Source of the DNA: Trichinella spiralis
Taxonomy: Eukaryota
Assembly: GCF_000181795.1 (NCBI RefSeq)
Contig: NW_003526941.1
Coordinates: 1,653,469-1,717,468, forward strand
DNA length: 64,000 nucleotides
Reading direction: 5' to 3'
A program made the translations under genes and the position numbers. The stretch's first letter is position 1. Each line of letters opens with the position of its first letter. The notes beneath the pieces were generated by a model. It was not told the DNA's origin and ran no database searches. It saw only the letters and a list, made by a program, of their open reading frames with translations. This document shows positions 39,206 through 50,118 of this stretch, piece after piece.

Positions 39206-40149
39206 AAAGTTCACAAAAAAGTCCAAAGTATTCTTCTTGTTTATCGGCTTCATTTTTCTGCACATTCTTTGTCTTTTTTGGATCTGGTAGTCTTACTTTT
39301 AACATTATCCGATGCTAATCGATGTATTCCAATGTCTTCTCTTGATGTTGTTTATTCACATTCTGACGTTCGATTTCTAATTTTATTAAAACTCGCAGCT
39401 GGCAGTAAATCGTTGGTTGTGAAACCTTAAAGAAGTTTACAAGTTCGAGTTGGAAACCAATATCAGTAATGCTTATTAAACTTTACTGAATAAGGATTTC
39501 CATTTCACCATTGCAATCTGAGCATTGTTGGTTTGATTTTGAACTGTTCAATCCAATTGTTTTCAAATATGCTTCAGAGGAAATCTTAAAGAAAAAGAAG
39601 AAATAGCTGAATGTGGTATTGCTGTTCGAATATTGTACGAATACCAAGTAATTGATTTATATTTGTCATTTTTAATTTGCTGCTTTTTGAAATTTTAAAA
39701 TTAATTTTCAAATCACTGCCTTTAAACGCTGCACGTGAGCAACAATTAATATTAAAACAAGCCGCAAATTCGATTGCGTCATTATTTAAACATGAGCTAG
39801 TAGCTGCTCTATTGTAAATGATTGTACAGTGATGATGGTTATTGTAAGCGTCATTAAAAGGTGCAATTTTATCTTTCGAATCGTTATTTTACTTTCATAT
39901 TCATCAATTTCAGCAGTTGATCAACTGTATTTGAGTTAAGACGGTTCGCATCAAATTTCTGTTGTGTGTGTAAACTTTCAAAACCAGCTAGCTCATTAAG
40001 AAATATGAAGTATGAAAGTTGAATGAATACCTAAGTAAAACAAAATTGCACATCACTTACATATTATATACATATGTATAATATGTATGTATTGCATGTA
40101 TGTATGTATTATGCACGCCTGTTGTTTATACTGTTTTTCTTGTAGGCAA

Positions 40150-40922
40150 ATGGCGTCGGCGGAAATTTATTTAGCTTTGTTTTGCATATGTTGGAATATT
40201 GTTGAAGCGGTAAAACCAGGTAAATGTCCTGCTCCTCCTGAGGGTCCAGCGGGACCAGCCCAAGATGAATGTCAACAGGACGAAGATTGTCCAGGGGCTG
40301 AAAAGTGTTGCGCAACACTTCTTGGAAAGATATGTCTACTTCCAGAAAGTCCTACAGAGCCAGTCACTGAATTTCAGGGTAAAAACAAGTGACAAAATAC
40401 CGGGAAATGATAGCTTTCCGCTTTATTTCAGGAGTTTGTCCAGATTTTTCATATCCTCTGAAATGGTGCGCCACCAGTCCTTGTCCCAGAGGCTATTATT
40501 GTTTTGAGAAGATCTGCTGCAGACACACCAAGCCAGGCGATTGTCCAGATTCAATGGAAGGCATACCGGCAGGGCCACCTTGCGACAGTGACATCGACTG
40601 CGAGTCGATTTTAAAATGTTGCGTAATTCAGAGTCGAAGTCGGTGCGCTTTTCCAGCTGGATTCAACGCCGGAACGTTGAGCTTGACTAACAGACCCCCA
40701 AAAGTAACTGGCGGTCCTGGATCGAAAAGACCAAGTCCCTTTTTTTCCGTGCCGTTACAGAATGTCGTTGCGGATTACCAACCAATGCCAGCAATGTATA
40801 CAGACGTTGATCAATGGGGTGGTGATTATGGAGAATTGGCCAGCTATCCGCACTCTTATTCCGCAGATTACCCGATAGCTTATGGTTATGAATATGACGA
40901 TTTTGCAGCGCAATTGTATTAG
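40150..40922 (+). CDS. Secreted WAP + Cys-rich (WR1/lustrin-type) + WAP protein with Tyr-rich tail (paralog 1)
   Basis: Exons 40150-40378 and ~40432-40922. Signal peptide; KPGKCP...CQQDEDCPGAEKCC...C; VCPD...C...CP.GYYC...ICC; KPGDCP...CDSDIDC...KCC...C. Confidence 0.9.
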
Positions 40923-42223
40923 CTGTTATTTAAAATGGAGAAGATAGAAGCATAATTTCAGTATAACGTTTCTTTTCACAAATATTGTTGAAGCATTTTT
41001 GAACAGTCAAACTTTGTAATGCACTGGATAGACATTAACTGCTGAAGCATCATAATCCACACAAATGCACAATAGAGCATAAAGTAAAAAAGTGTAACTT
41101 GACAAAAGAAAAAATATGAATATTTCTGTTCACGGTAAAAATGTAAGTTGCTGATTACTTTTCGGTTATAATTTCTGCTCTGCTTTCTGCATTCCTATTT
41201 CAAAACTATCATAGATAAATTTGTTTATAAACAATTACTTTTATCAAAGAACACTTATGATACTTTTTAAATATTAGTATAAAAACAACTTTAATTGGAT
41301 GATTTAAAGAATTTAACGTTAAATTGCATGAAAAAATAAAGATATTTTCAGAAGCATTGGCTGAGAATTGAATTAAAATTTCAATCAGGTAAGTTTTATA
41401 AATGATAAATAAGCATAAATATAAAATATAAACAGCATTCGAATATAAAAGTGTTAGGGCAGATTATGGATTGAAACTTGCCTATCATTTTTAAATACTG
41501 TATTAGTGCTGACAGATGTGAGAAGGTGTGAATATTTTAGTTATAGTGTCATTTGCTGTTTTTATTTTTATGATTTACATAAATAACTGTTTTATGTGTT
41601 TATAAAAATATATGCAAAGTAATTATTTTACTTATTACAAGTAAGCAACACACAGATATGCTGCACTGGATATAAATATAAGAAGGAATGCGACAATTTT
41701 TGCACAATGACATCAGAGCAGTTTGCAGTTATAAACTGTAGAATCATTTTACTGAATTACGATATATTCAAAGTTTGTACTAAATCTGTAATTTTGCCTA
41801 GCTGAATAGTGTAACATCCAAGGTTACTGTAGACTTTTGTCCGTCATTCATGCGAGGCATTTCTGTGGTCTTTAACTTATGGAATGAAGACATTGTTAAA
41901 TAAAAATCAAAATTTGATTGATAAATTGACTTTACAGAAAAATAGAATATAACATTTATTATGTTGTAATTTTTAATTTTGTAATTTGTACCTTATTATC
42001 GGGTTACTATCGCAAAATGGTGTATTGTAATGAAACGGTGATTGTTTTGATAATTTTTCTTTGTTTCATTTTTTAGTTGGTTTTTTATTTATAAGTGCAG
42101 TTTTTTTGAAAATTCATTGATATATTGTTCTGAACATCTGTTGTATGTACATTTGTTTTATAATTTTCGAAGGAATGGTCTACTTGATAATGCAGCTTAA
42201 AATGATTGTCGTTTTGAATTTAG

Positions 42224-43594
42224 ATGATTAGTAGCGATTTCACTGTTCGTGTACATCCAGTAGTTATTCTTTCTATTGTTGATGCATACGAGAGACGTGA
42301 TAGCAAAGTTACAGTAAATAACAGAGGAGTTGGAAGCCTGCTTGGTAGCCTGATTAAATCATTAAGCAATTTTTAATTATTTAATTAATTATCTATTTAT
42401 TTTAGGTTATTATGAAAAGAATGCTGTCGAAATTGTCAACTGTTATGCTGTGAAATATCAAGCAATCAGAGATGAGGTTTGACCGATTTGTTTGAAATTT
42501 GTACTCATTTTTTATGTTATATTAGATAAGTAATTCTAATTTGTAGTTTTTTTGGCAATTAAGACTGGCTTTATTTTTTTTAATTAGGAACTGTTAGTGA
42601 AATTACATGTTTTAAAACTTTTCAGTGTTTGTTTGACAAGAATATGAACAAAGAAATGTTTGACATGAATCAGTTGGCTAATCCGTATGAATCAATAGTT
42701 GGATGGTATTTGGTTCAGTATTGTTGATTTGTGCTTTTATTATCATTTAATATTCAGGTATACAACTTCCAACGAAATACATGACTCTGATCAGACACTT
42801 CACGATTTTTATATGTCTCTTGTTCAAAAGAAAACTGTAGGTCGGGATAATATTCCTGTTATACATCTGGTTGTAGACATGGCCAACACAGAACCACATC
42901 TTGGCATTTATGCGTTTGTTTTGTAAATGCATATTCATTTATTTATTATTTACAAATTTGTTGGAATAAATGCATTGCAATTTAGGTACAAAGTGAAAAT
43001 TCCTCAAACGGAAGATTATCAGTCGTTGATGCTGATTCCTGTTCAACTACAAGTTGTCGCTTCCGAAGCAGAGCGAGTGGCTTGTACTTGCTTTTTGGGC
43101 AATTATTAAAAATTTTTGTACGTTTGTTCGTTTCTTCTCTTTTTAGTGTCATCGTTTATGTTACCAACTGACTATCAAAAAAGAGAATTTCCAGTTGCGT
43201 CAGATTTTGAACAGATGAAAAGACGTCTTTCCGAATTGCTATGCAGCATGGCATATTTGCGCCACTACGTGATGAATGTGCTGGTAATGTTCTGTTGATT
43301 ATTTTTTGAAGTAGAATTTATTTGTGAATTCTCACCGTGAAATAGGAAGGAAATATAGATGGTGACACGATGGTTGGTCGACGATTGTTACAAACTATGA
43401 AGGAATTCCAGCAGTCAGATCGGAGCCTCCATGAATCAGTAATGGGTTCCGGCCTGAAGGTGAATTGATAGGTTCTTTCAATTTTTCATATTTATAATTT
43501 TGTGCAAAAATTTTAGGATTTCCTCATGTTAGCATATCTGACAGAACTGACAAAGACACAATTAACACTGCAAGACAAGTTACTGCACTTGTAA
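42224..43594 (+). CDS. eif-3.F: Eukaryotic translation initiation factor 3 subunit F (MPN- domain)
   Basis: Eight exons. N-terminus MISSDFTVRVHPVVILSIVDAYERR...GSLLG, then AVEIVNCY and SIVGWY; C-terminus DFLMLAYLTELTKTQLTLQDKL*. HPV..SIVD.YERR is typical of eIF3f rather than PSMD7 or CSN6. Confidence 0.88.
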
Positions 43595-43938
43595 AACGTA
43601 ATACAGTATCCGTTTAGTGATGTTGAAGTTTATAATAACATATTCAGCTGACATACATGTAATTGTGCCTATTTGTGTAATGTTTTTGCTTTTGTTTACA
43701 TTGTTAGAGTGATTCACACGCAGCTGTTGATGAGGGATTTTTGAAAACTCGCATCTATTTATATGATTATTGTTCAAGAGGTCGGGCGCTAATTAGACCA
43801 TCGGTAAACAGTTTTATTTGAAAGGTAATAAACATTTTTTGTTTGCTCCAGTACTGTTAAACTCTCAATGGAACAGTTTCCAATCAGTCAATTTCGAATA
43901 ACAACTGTAAGCTACAAGTGCGAAGGGCGTGATAAACG

Positions 43939-45225
43939 ATGTTTTCTGTTCACTTGGGTCTGGTGACGACGATGATGATGATGATGTTGTTGACAAATGT
44001 GGCAACTTTATCGTTACAGGACAAGTTGGGCCTATGTCCAGAAATGACCGACCTGAAGAATCACACTTGGCTAAGTGAACAGTTGGAAATTGTCGATCTT
44101 TGTTTCAGCGATTCAGACTGTACTGGCACGTTGAAATGTTGTAATACAAGCGCAGGAGCGACGTGCTTGTATCCAAAGTTAAATGACGTTTATTCTACCA
44201 GTAATGAAACTGAAGATGAAGAAGGCGTTGTAGCTTATCAAGCTGTAGCCGATAGTAAGTTGGTTTTTGTTCTCATGTTAATTTTTATAATGGAAAAATT
44301 GAAATTTTCAGAAGTCTGTCCTGATGGAACTAATTATTTGAAGCGATGTTTTGCTAATACTTGTCCTGAATCGTATTATTGTTACTTTGAGATATGCTGC
44401 AAACACACTAAGCAAGGTAGCTGCCCAGCGGCGTTGCCAGGCGGTGGTACTCCTGCCGGCCCTCATTGTGATAATGACGTCGAATGTCCGACAATTATGA
44501 AATGTTGCGTGATCAATGATCAGAATCGATGTGTTTATCCTGAAGGGTATGCGGGTGGAACTGTGCTATTACCATCGGCGGCACCACCTCCAAGACCTGG
44601 TTACCCTTCGCGGCCGCCATTGTCGAGACCTTTTCCTGGTCCATATCGTCCAACACGTTTGCCTCCTTACCGTCTTCCGCATCCTTATTTGCCTCCGTAT
44701 CGGCCTCATCCTTTTCGTCCGCCGCCTCCTCCACCTTTGCGAATCCCACCTCCGCCCCCTTATCCCCCATACAGTTTAATTCGTCCTCTTCCACCACCGA
44801 TGATACCGGTTCGTATTCCATATCCAGTCAGGCCCCCCTATCGACCTGCTGATCTGTATCCTAGCTATCCACCTTTCACTAACGGAAGACCGATTCCATA
44901 TTCAAATGATCCTCTGTATCCACTGGGAAACGCTTTGGATCTTCAACCAGAACCTGGAGAAGGCTATAATTTTGGTTCCTTTCCTTTCGGCCAAGGTCCG
45001 GAACCTATGGATGCGCACAAGGATTTCAATGGCCCTCATGGAGGCGAACCGGATGGAATTGGACCCGATGGCATGCCCTATAGTGCCGATATGTATGGAC
45101 CACAAGAACTTGTGCATGGGAGTCCGTTTGGACCAGTCGACATGCCTTTTGCACGTCCTGAGGAAAAGGAAACATCAGCTGTAGATGAAACAAACCCAAC
45201 GACAGTCACCGATGTCAAAATCTAA
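43939..45225 (+). CDS. Secreted WAP + Cys-rich + WAP protein with long Pro/Arg/Tyr-rich region and acidic tail (paralog 2)
   Basis: Exons 43939-44254 and 44312-45225; the 57-nt intron stays in frame in the ORF track. Signal peptide, KLGLCP...CFSDSDCTGTLKCC, VCPDG...ICCKHTKQGSCP...CDNDVECPTIMKCC. Clearly homologous to 40150-40922. Confidence 0.9.
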   Translation: MFSVHLGLVTTMMMMMLLTNVATLSLQDKLGLCPEMTDLKNHTWLSEQLEIVDLCFSDSDCTGTLKCCNTSAGATCLYPKLNDVYSTSNETEDEEGVVAYQAVADSKLVFVLMLIFIMEKLKFSEVCPDGTNYLKRCFANTCPESYYCYFEICCKHTKQGSCPAALPGGGTPAGPHCDNDVECPTIMKCCVINDQNRCVYPEGYAGGTVLLPSAAPPPRPGYPSRPPLSRPFPGPYRPTRLPPYRLPHPYLPPYRPHPFRPPPPPPLRIPPPPPYPPYSLIRPLPPPMIPVRIPYPVRPPYRPADLYPSYPPFTNGRPIPYSNDPLYPLGNALDLQPEPGEGYNFGSFPFGQGPEPMDAHKDFNGPHGGEPDGIGPDGMPYSADMYGPQELVHGSPFGPVDMPFARPEEKETSAVDETNPTTVTDVKI

Positions 45226-46203
45226 TCTAATTTCCTGGAACTAATGTGTGTTTCAGATATGTTCTCAAATGTGTTTCATTCATTATCATGTCAATTTATT
45301 TTATCTTTCTGTTATTGTTTGTTGCTTTTGCAGTGGAAGTGCAGTTTATGTATTATAAATTATTTTACTCTAGAAATTATTCATTCAAAGCAAATCAAGA
45401 AATTTGTAAAATTATTTTTGTTGTAATTAGTATAATTAGCAATGTTTTGCCATTATATTAGGCTTAATTTTCAGGAATGGTGAGGCAATAATTGTTTGAC
45501 TGACGAAGCGTTTGGCATGTGTTTATGATATTTCAAGTTGAGGATAATGAGATGGTTAGCTGAAAGCGACAGATATATTGCAGATTTTACTAACAATTCT
45601 AAAAATATCTGTTACAATAGACGTTTGATTTATAATTTTTAATTTGACTTATTAAATAGCGAAGCGGGCGTTACAAAGATGAGAAGAACGTATATTTCAA
45701 ATGTTGTTCCTTCTTTGTTCAGGTGACTGTAATTAATAGTGTGCGCAATTGATAACTAATGCTGGCCACATACTATCCCACAATATTGTTTGCTGTCATT
45801 TTTAGAACTTTACTGTGTAGTAATTTGCATATTAATTTAAACATGCATTTTATTTTTGTTATGCGTTTATTTATTTATCTTTTTTTAAGATTTTACAATA
45901 ATATTTGTTTTGCATTTCATAAGGTTTTAAAAACAATGTAAATTACACAGGCTTAAGCTATTATTTTGTATTTTTTCTGCTGCTCATATAATTTTTATTT
46001 AAATAAAACAAAAATTTGCAATATATGAGCAAATATGAGAATGAATAAAAATTTCAAAAAAAATTGTGCTGCAACAAACCTGAAAATTATTAAGGTATAT
46101 TGTAGACTTACGGTTACGATGACAGTAAGTTAATTGCGTTTTTTGCTTTTGCTGAATTGTATTTTTGCATTATTCGGAATTTGAAGAAGCTTGTGAGTTT
46201 TTG

Positions 46204-48343
46204 ATGATGTCTGGAAATGTATCAGGTAAGCTGTTGTTTGGAAAAATTATTTTTGTTATACATATCAATTAAACTGTGTATTTTTCCATATATATTATAA
46301 TCGAGGCCTTTTTGTTGTTGTTAATTTTATCAGTTGTAGATTAACACTTATTTTGCAGATTATTCCATGTGCTTTTTGAGCAACGTTGATGGAATATGTG
46401 TCGGTATTGCCAATTCGACTGAGTTCGAATGGAATTCATGGCTGGAAGGTCGAAGTTGTCCGAATTTTAACGGGACAGTTCGACACGTATCGGAACGTCA
46501 AGTGCATCGTACATTGTTGGAAAAGTCGAAATCTTTTGTCAAATCGCTGCTTTTTTTCAATGACAGTTTTCCAACTGTAATATCGGATTTTCCGAAGTCG
46601 AACAGTGATTTGCGGATGTGCGACTCATTTGGCAACGTATTGGTGTTCAAAGGATTCATCACCGGTGGTCTGTCAATAGTATTAAGCATTTTCTTTTTGC
46701 TTTTCACAGTTATCGGTTGTTTGTTTCAGGATTTATCGGTCAGCAATTATGAAGCCGTGTTCAGTCATTTGTTTTCGCAAATTGTAGAAAATGGCTTCAT
46801 TGATGTGGTACAACAGCTCGAAGGTCCGTGGGCGATGGTTTATTACGACGTATGCGCAATGAATTGCTGGTCTTTTGATTCATGTGAATTTGATGTTGTT
46901 GAATAATTTTCAGGCCCGTTGCAAGACACTTTCGTTTGGCAGAGATTGTTTCGGTCGTCGGAGTTTAATCGTTACCGAAGAAAGTGATCCGCACCAGTTG
47001 AACGAGACACACCCCTACTGGACAATATGCACCAGAAAACCGCTTTGCACGTCTGAAGAGGTGACATGTTTTAGCCTTCCTCCGGGCAACGTGTTCACTG
47101 TGAAACTCGAAGATTTGTCTTATGAGATATTTTGCTTGGCTCCGGCGTTGGTCGACTTGAACTTTCGTTTGTTCAACCACATGGGCGAGGTTCCGTTGAA
47201 AGCGACCGAAATGAGAATAATTATGAAACGAGAACCATTGTTCACGCTAAATTTATCCACCTCGGCCGACAAGTTGCCGCCGGTGATGCCAACAACGGAC
47301 CAAAAGCTTGTCCTGCAACAGTTCAGCTTGGAACACGAAGATGTTTTGCACCAATTTTTGCAGCGTTTCAAAACGGCTGTGCAGAAGAATTTGCATGGCT
47401 TTGGGAACGAGCCGACGCGAACCGAGGGGCGGCAGTATTCGTTGTTATCGGTGTTATTTTCGGGCGGTGTCGACTCGTTGCTCGTCTGCGCCGCGTTGGG
47501 GCAGCTTCTTGCTCAAGGATCTGAGGTCGACTTGTTGAATGTCTCGTTTTCAAATGGAGACTGTCCCCCTACTTCGGCGGACAGAATTGCCGGTAAGAGT
47601 TACTTTTTAAATATTATCCAGAAAAAAAGTTTATCATTCCAACTGCGTCGTTGTACATGAATCTTGAGGATGATTTTCACTCAGGACAACAAGGCTACGA
47701 ACTTTTGCGTCAGCACTATCCGAAAATCAAGTGGAATTGGGTAGAAATTGACGTCACCACTGACCAATGGGCCAGCATCCGCAAAACGATTGTCCAGCAA
47801 CTGTTGCACCCATCCGATACTGTAATGGACGACAGTATCGGATGTGCTCTGTGGTTCGCCGGCAATTGCAGCGCTTCTTCTTCTTCTTCTGCTGGTGGTG
47901 ATGGTGTTGTTGAAAAGTTGTTCATTGGCTCTGGTGCGGATGAGCTTTTCGGTGGCTACATGAATCACCGGACAACGTTCACACGACAAGGTCAGCAAGC
48001 GTTGCAGCAAACGTTGGAAGATGAGCTGCGAAGGATCGGCCAACGAAGCTTGGGAAGAGACGATCGCGTGCTCGACCGTCCTTGGCGAACCACGCATGCG
48101 CCGTTCCTTGACGAACCGTTCGTCGCCTGGGTGAATCAGTTGCCGTTGGAGTGGAAAGTGGATTTACGCTATCCGCGAGGTTTGGGCGAGAAGCTGATCA
48201 TCCGAGCGGCCCTTTGGAAGCTCGGCTTCAACCCAAGCTGTTTTCTGTGTAAACGAGCCATCCAATTTGGAAGCAACGTGGTCAAATTGCAAGACAAGAA
48301 GCTGCTCGGTCACATGACATTGCAGTCCACTACTCCACGTTGA
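46204..48343 (+). CDS. ASNSD1: Asparagine synthetase domain-containing protein 1
   Basis: Motifs LEGPWAMVYYD|ARCKTLSFGRDCFGRRSL, VLFSGGVDS, VDLLNVSF, TVMDDSIGCALWFA, GSGADELFGGY, RSLGRDDRV, GLGEKLIIR, KRAIQFGS. Main exons ~46359-46849, 46914-47592 and 47685-48343. An upstream exon 46204-46225 (MMSGNVS) is phase-compatible; the alternative start is 46367. Confidence 0.9.
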
Positions 48344-50118
48344 AGTAGTTTGTAGTCTGTTGTTTGCTTGGTAAGTTCTTCTTTTTTTAAAACTGTTCGC
48401 ATGTTTCTCTGCTTTGCAAAGCAAAATCGGTTCGAGTTGTAAATTTCATTAGGCAAATTAGCACAGCAAAAAGCTTTTGTCTTTTCTCTGATCAATTACT
48501 TTGGAAAACGCGGTTATTTTTCCACATGCTTGCCTCGCCTGTTTGTTGTATAGCTTCTTCGATTTTTTTTCTTCAATAGAGGTGATAACTTCAGTTTATC
48601 GGCATAATTTGGTGTCATTTTCGGCGAAGTAAAAACATATTCGATGCACTGAAAACAACACTGCTATACAAGCCGCATTGACTATGAATTGTTTTCTGAC
48701 GTCACAACTTCCAAGTCGATGGAAGGAAGTGGTTGCTTGCATGTTGTCGTTTCTGTTTTGTTGATTACGATTCATCCGTCACCTGAACTTCTTTTAAATA
48801 CTGTAACGTGTCTGCTTTCGGCGTTCAACGGCTAGCGGATAGATGAACTGCGATTGGAATCGAGAATTTCAAATAGCGGCTGATTATGCATCATTGACAT
48901 TCATTTTTCTTACCGCTCTCATTTAGACATATACATATGCATATGTTAACGTTCTTGGAGAGCTAAAGTTTGGTTCTGTAAGAAAAATTGCTTCACTGGT
49001 CATCTTTTCCACTAAAGTGCACGAATAAAATTCACTTAAACGTTGAGCATGCTTTCACATTCAACATTCAATGTTATTATCTTGCATACTTGATTTTTCC
49101 TGCATTTTTCTTTATATTCTTATTAATTTAGAGTTCAGTTTTGAAATTTCCGTGCAAAATTATGAAATTTTATTTATGCAAATTTTGATCGTAACAAGCG
49201 AAGAAGTGTTGCTTTTGTGAATTTCTAATGTCATTTGAAGAAGCATTAAAATCAATCATCGTTCATTCATTTTGAAAATTTGCAGCGAGGTTTCTGTACT
49301 CATCTTGAAATTAATCACCGCTAAATGCAGCGCAGCATTGAAGATAAAAATTTCCATTTGCACATGTAAAGAATGTCAACAGTAATTACGAGTGGAGACG
49401 ACAATTTTCAAACATGTTAGATTTGAGAGTGTCAGCTTAGTTAGTGCTGCGTGTCGGCAAAGCCGGCTGCGCGTGAAATTGACGTTTCGCTCGTTCATAT
49501 CTCATGTCAGCTTAATGCAAGCTTCTGACCTTGTCGCGAACACAATTTTGAAAGTAATTAGTTGTCTTGGCTTGTCGAGATGAGGAAAAAATTGATTTGC
49601 TGTACGTCTGAATGCTGTTTTTCAAATAATCTACAGTATTTCCTTGTTAATAATGCAAATCGGATTTACAAGTTCGATTGTATAGGCTGTCTGGTAGAGA
49701 TACGATGTTTTCTTCATTTATCATTATAAATGACTGGGTTGCATTGTTGTATCAGTTCATTTTGAAAAATCAAAAAGTTGGAGTTATTTTTGTAGACATT
49801 TATTATATTGCAGTTTATATTTCTTTCGCAGATACAGTATGCTAGTGTTTTGATTTAGCAGCGTCGAATTTGGCTTTTGACTTTGACGACAACATATCTG
49901 CTCAGGTTTGCTGGCGCGCGTTTTACACGCTTTTCATTGTTGTTTCAATGCGTTGAGTAAACTGGCAGTTCGATTCGCTTCTGCATGTGGTTATTTTTGA
50001 AATTTAAATTCATTTTAAGCTGACTTTGTTTTTTTTTCTGATTTTGTTTTTCTTTTCAGCATTTCTAACCACTTTTAGTTGCTCGCACCGTTGAAGCAGC
50101 CAGCGAATTTTAGCCGTA

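Noticed and set aside
45244..45753. Putative small secreted multi-exon gene starting MSIYFIFLLLFVAFAVEVQ at 45288
   Set aside because: It starts only ~60 bp after the WAP2 stop with no poly(A) signal in between. T-rich 3' UTR translates as hydrophobic, and I could not build a convincing phase-consistent model.
48697..48704. Single CRE (TGACGTCA) upstream of cnb-1
   Set aside because: One 8-mer is expected by chance in 64 kb; no supporting context.
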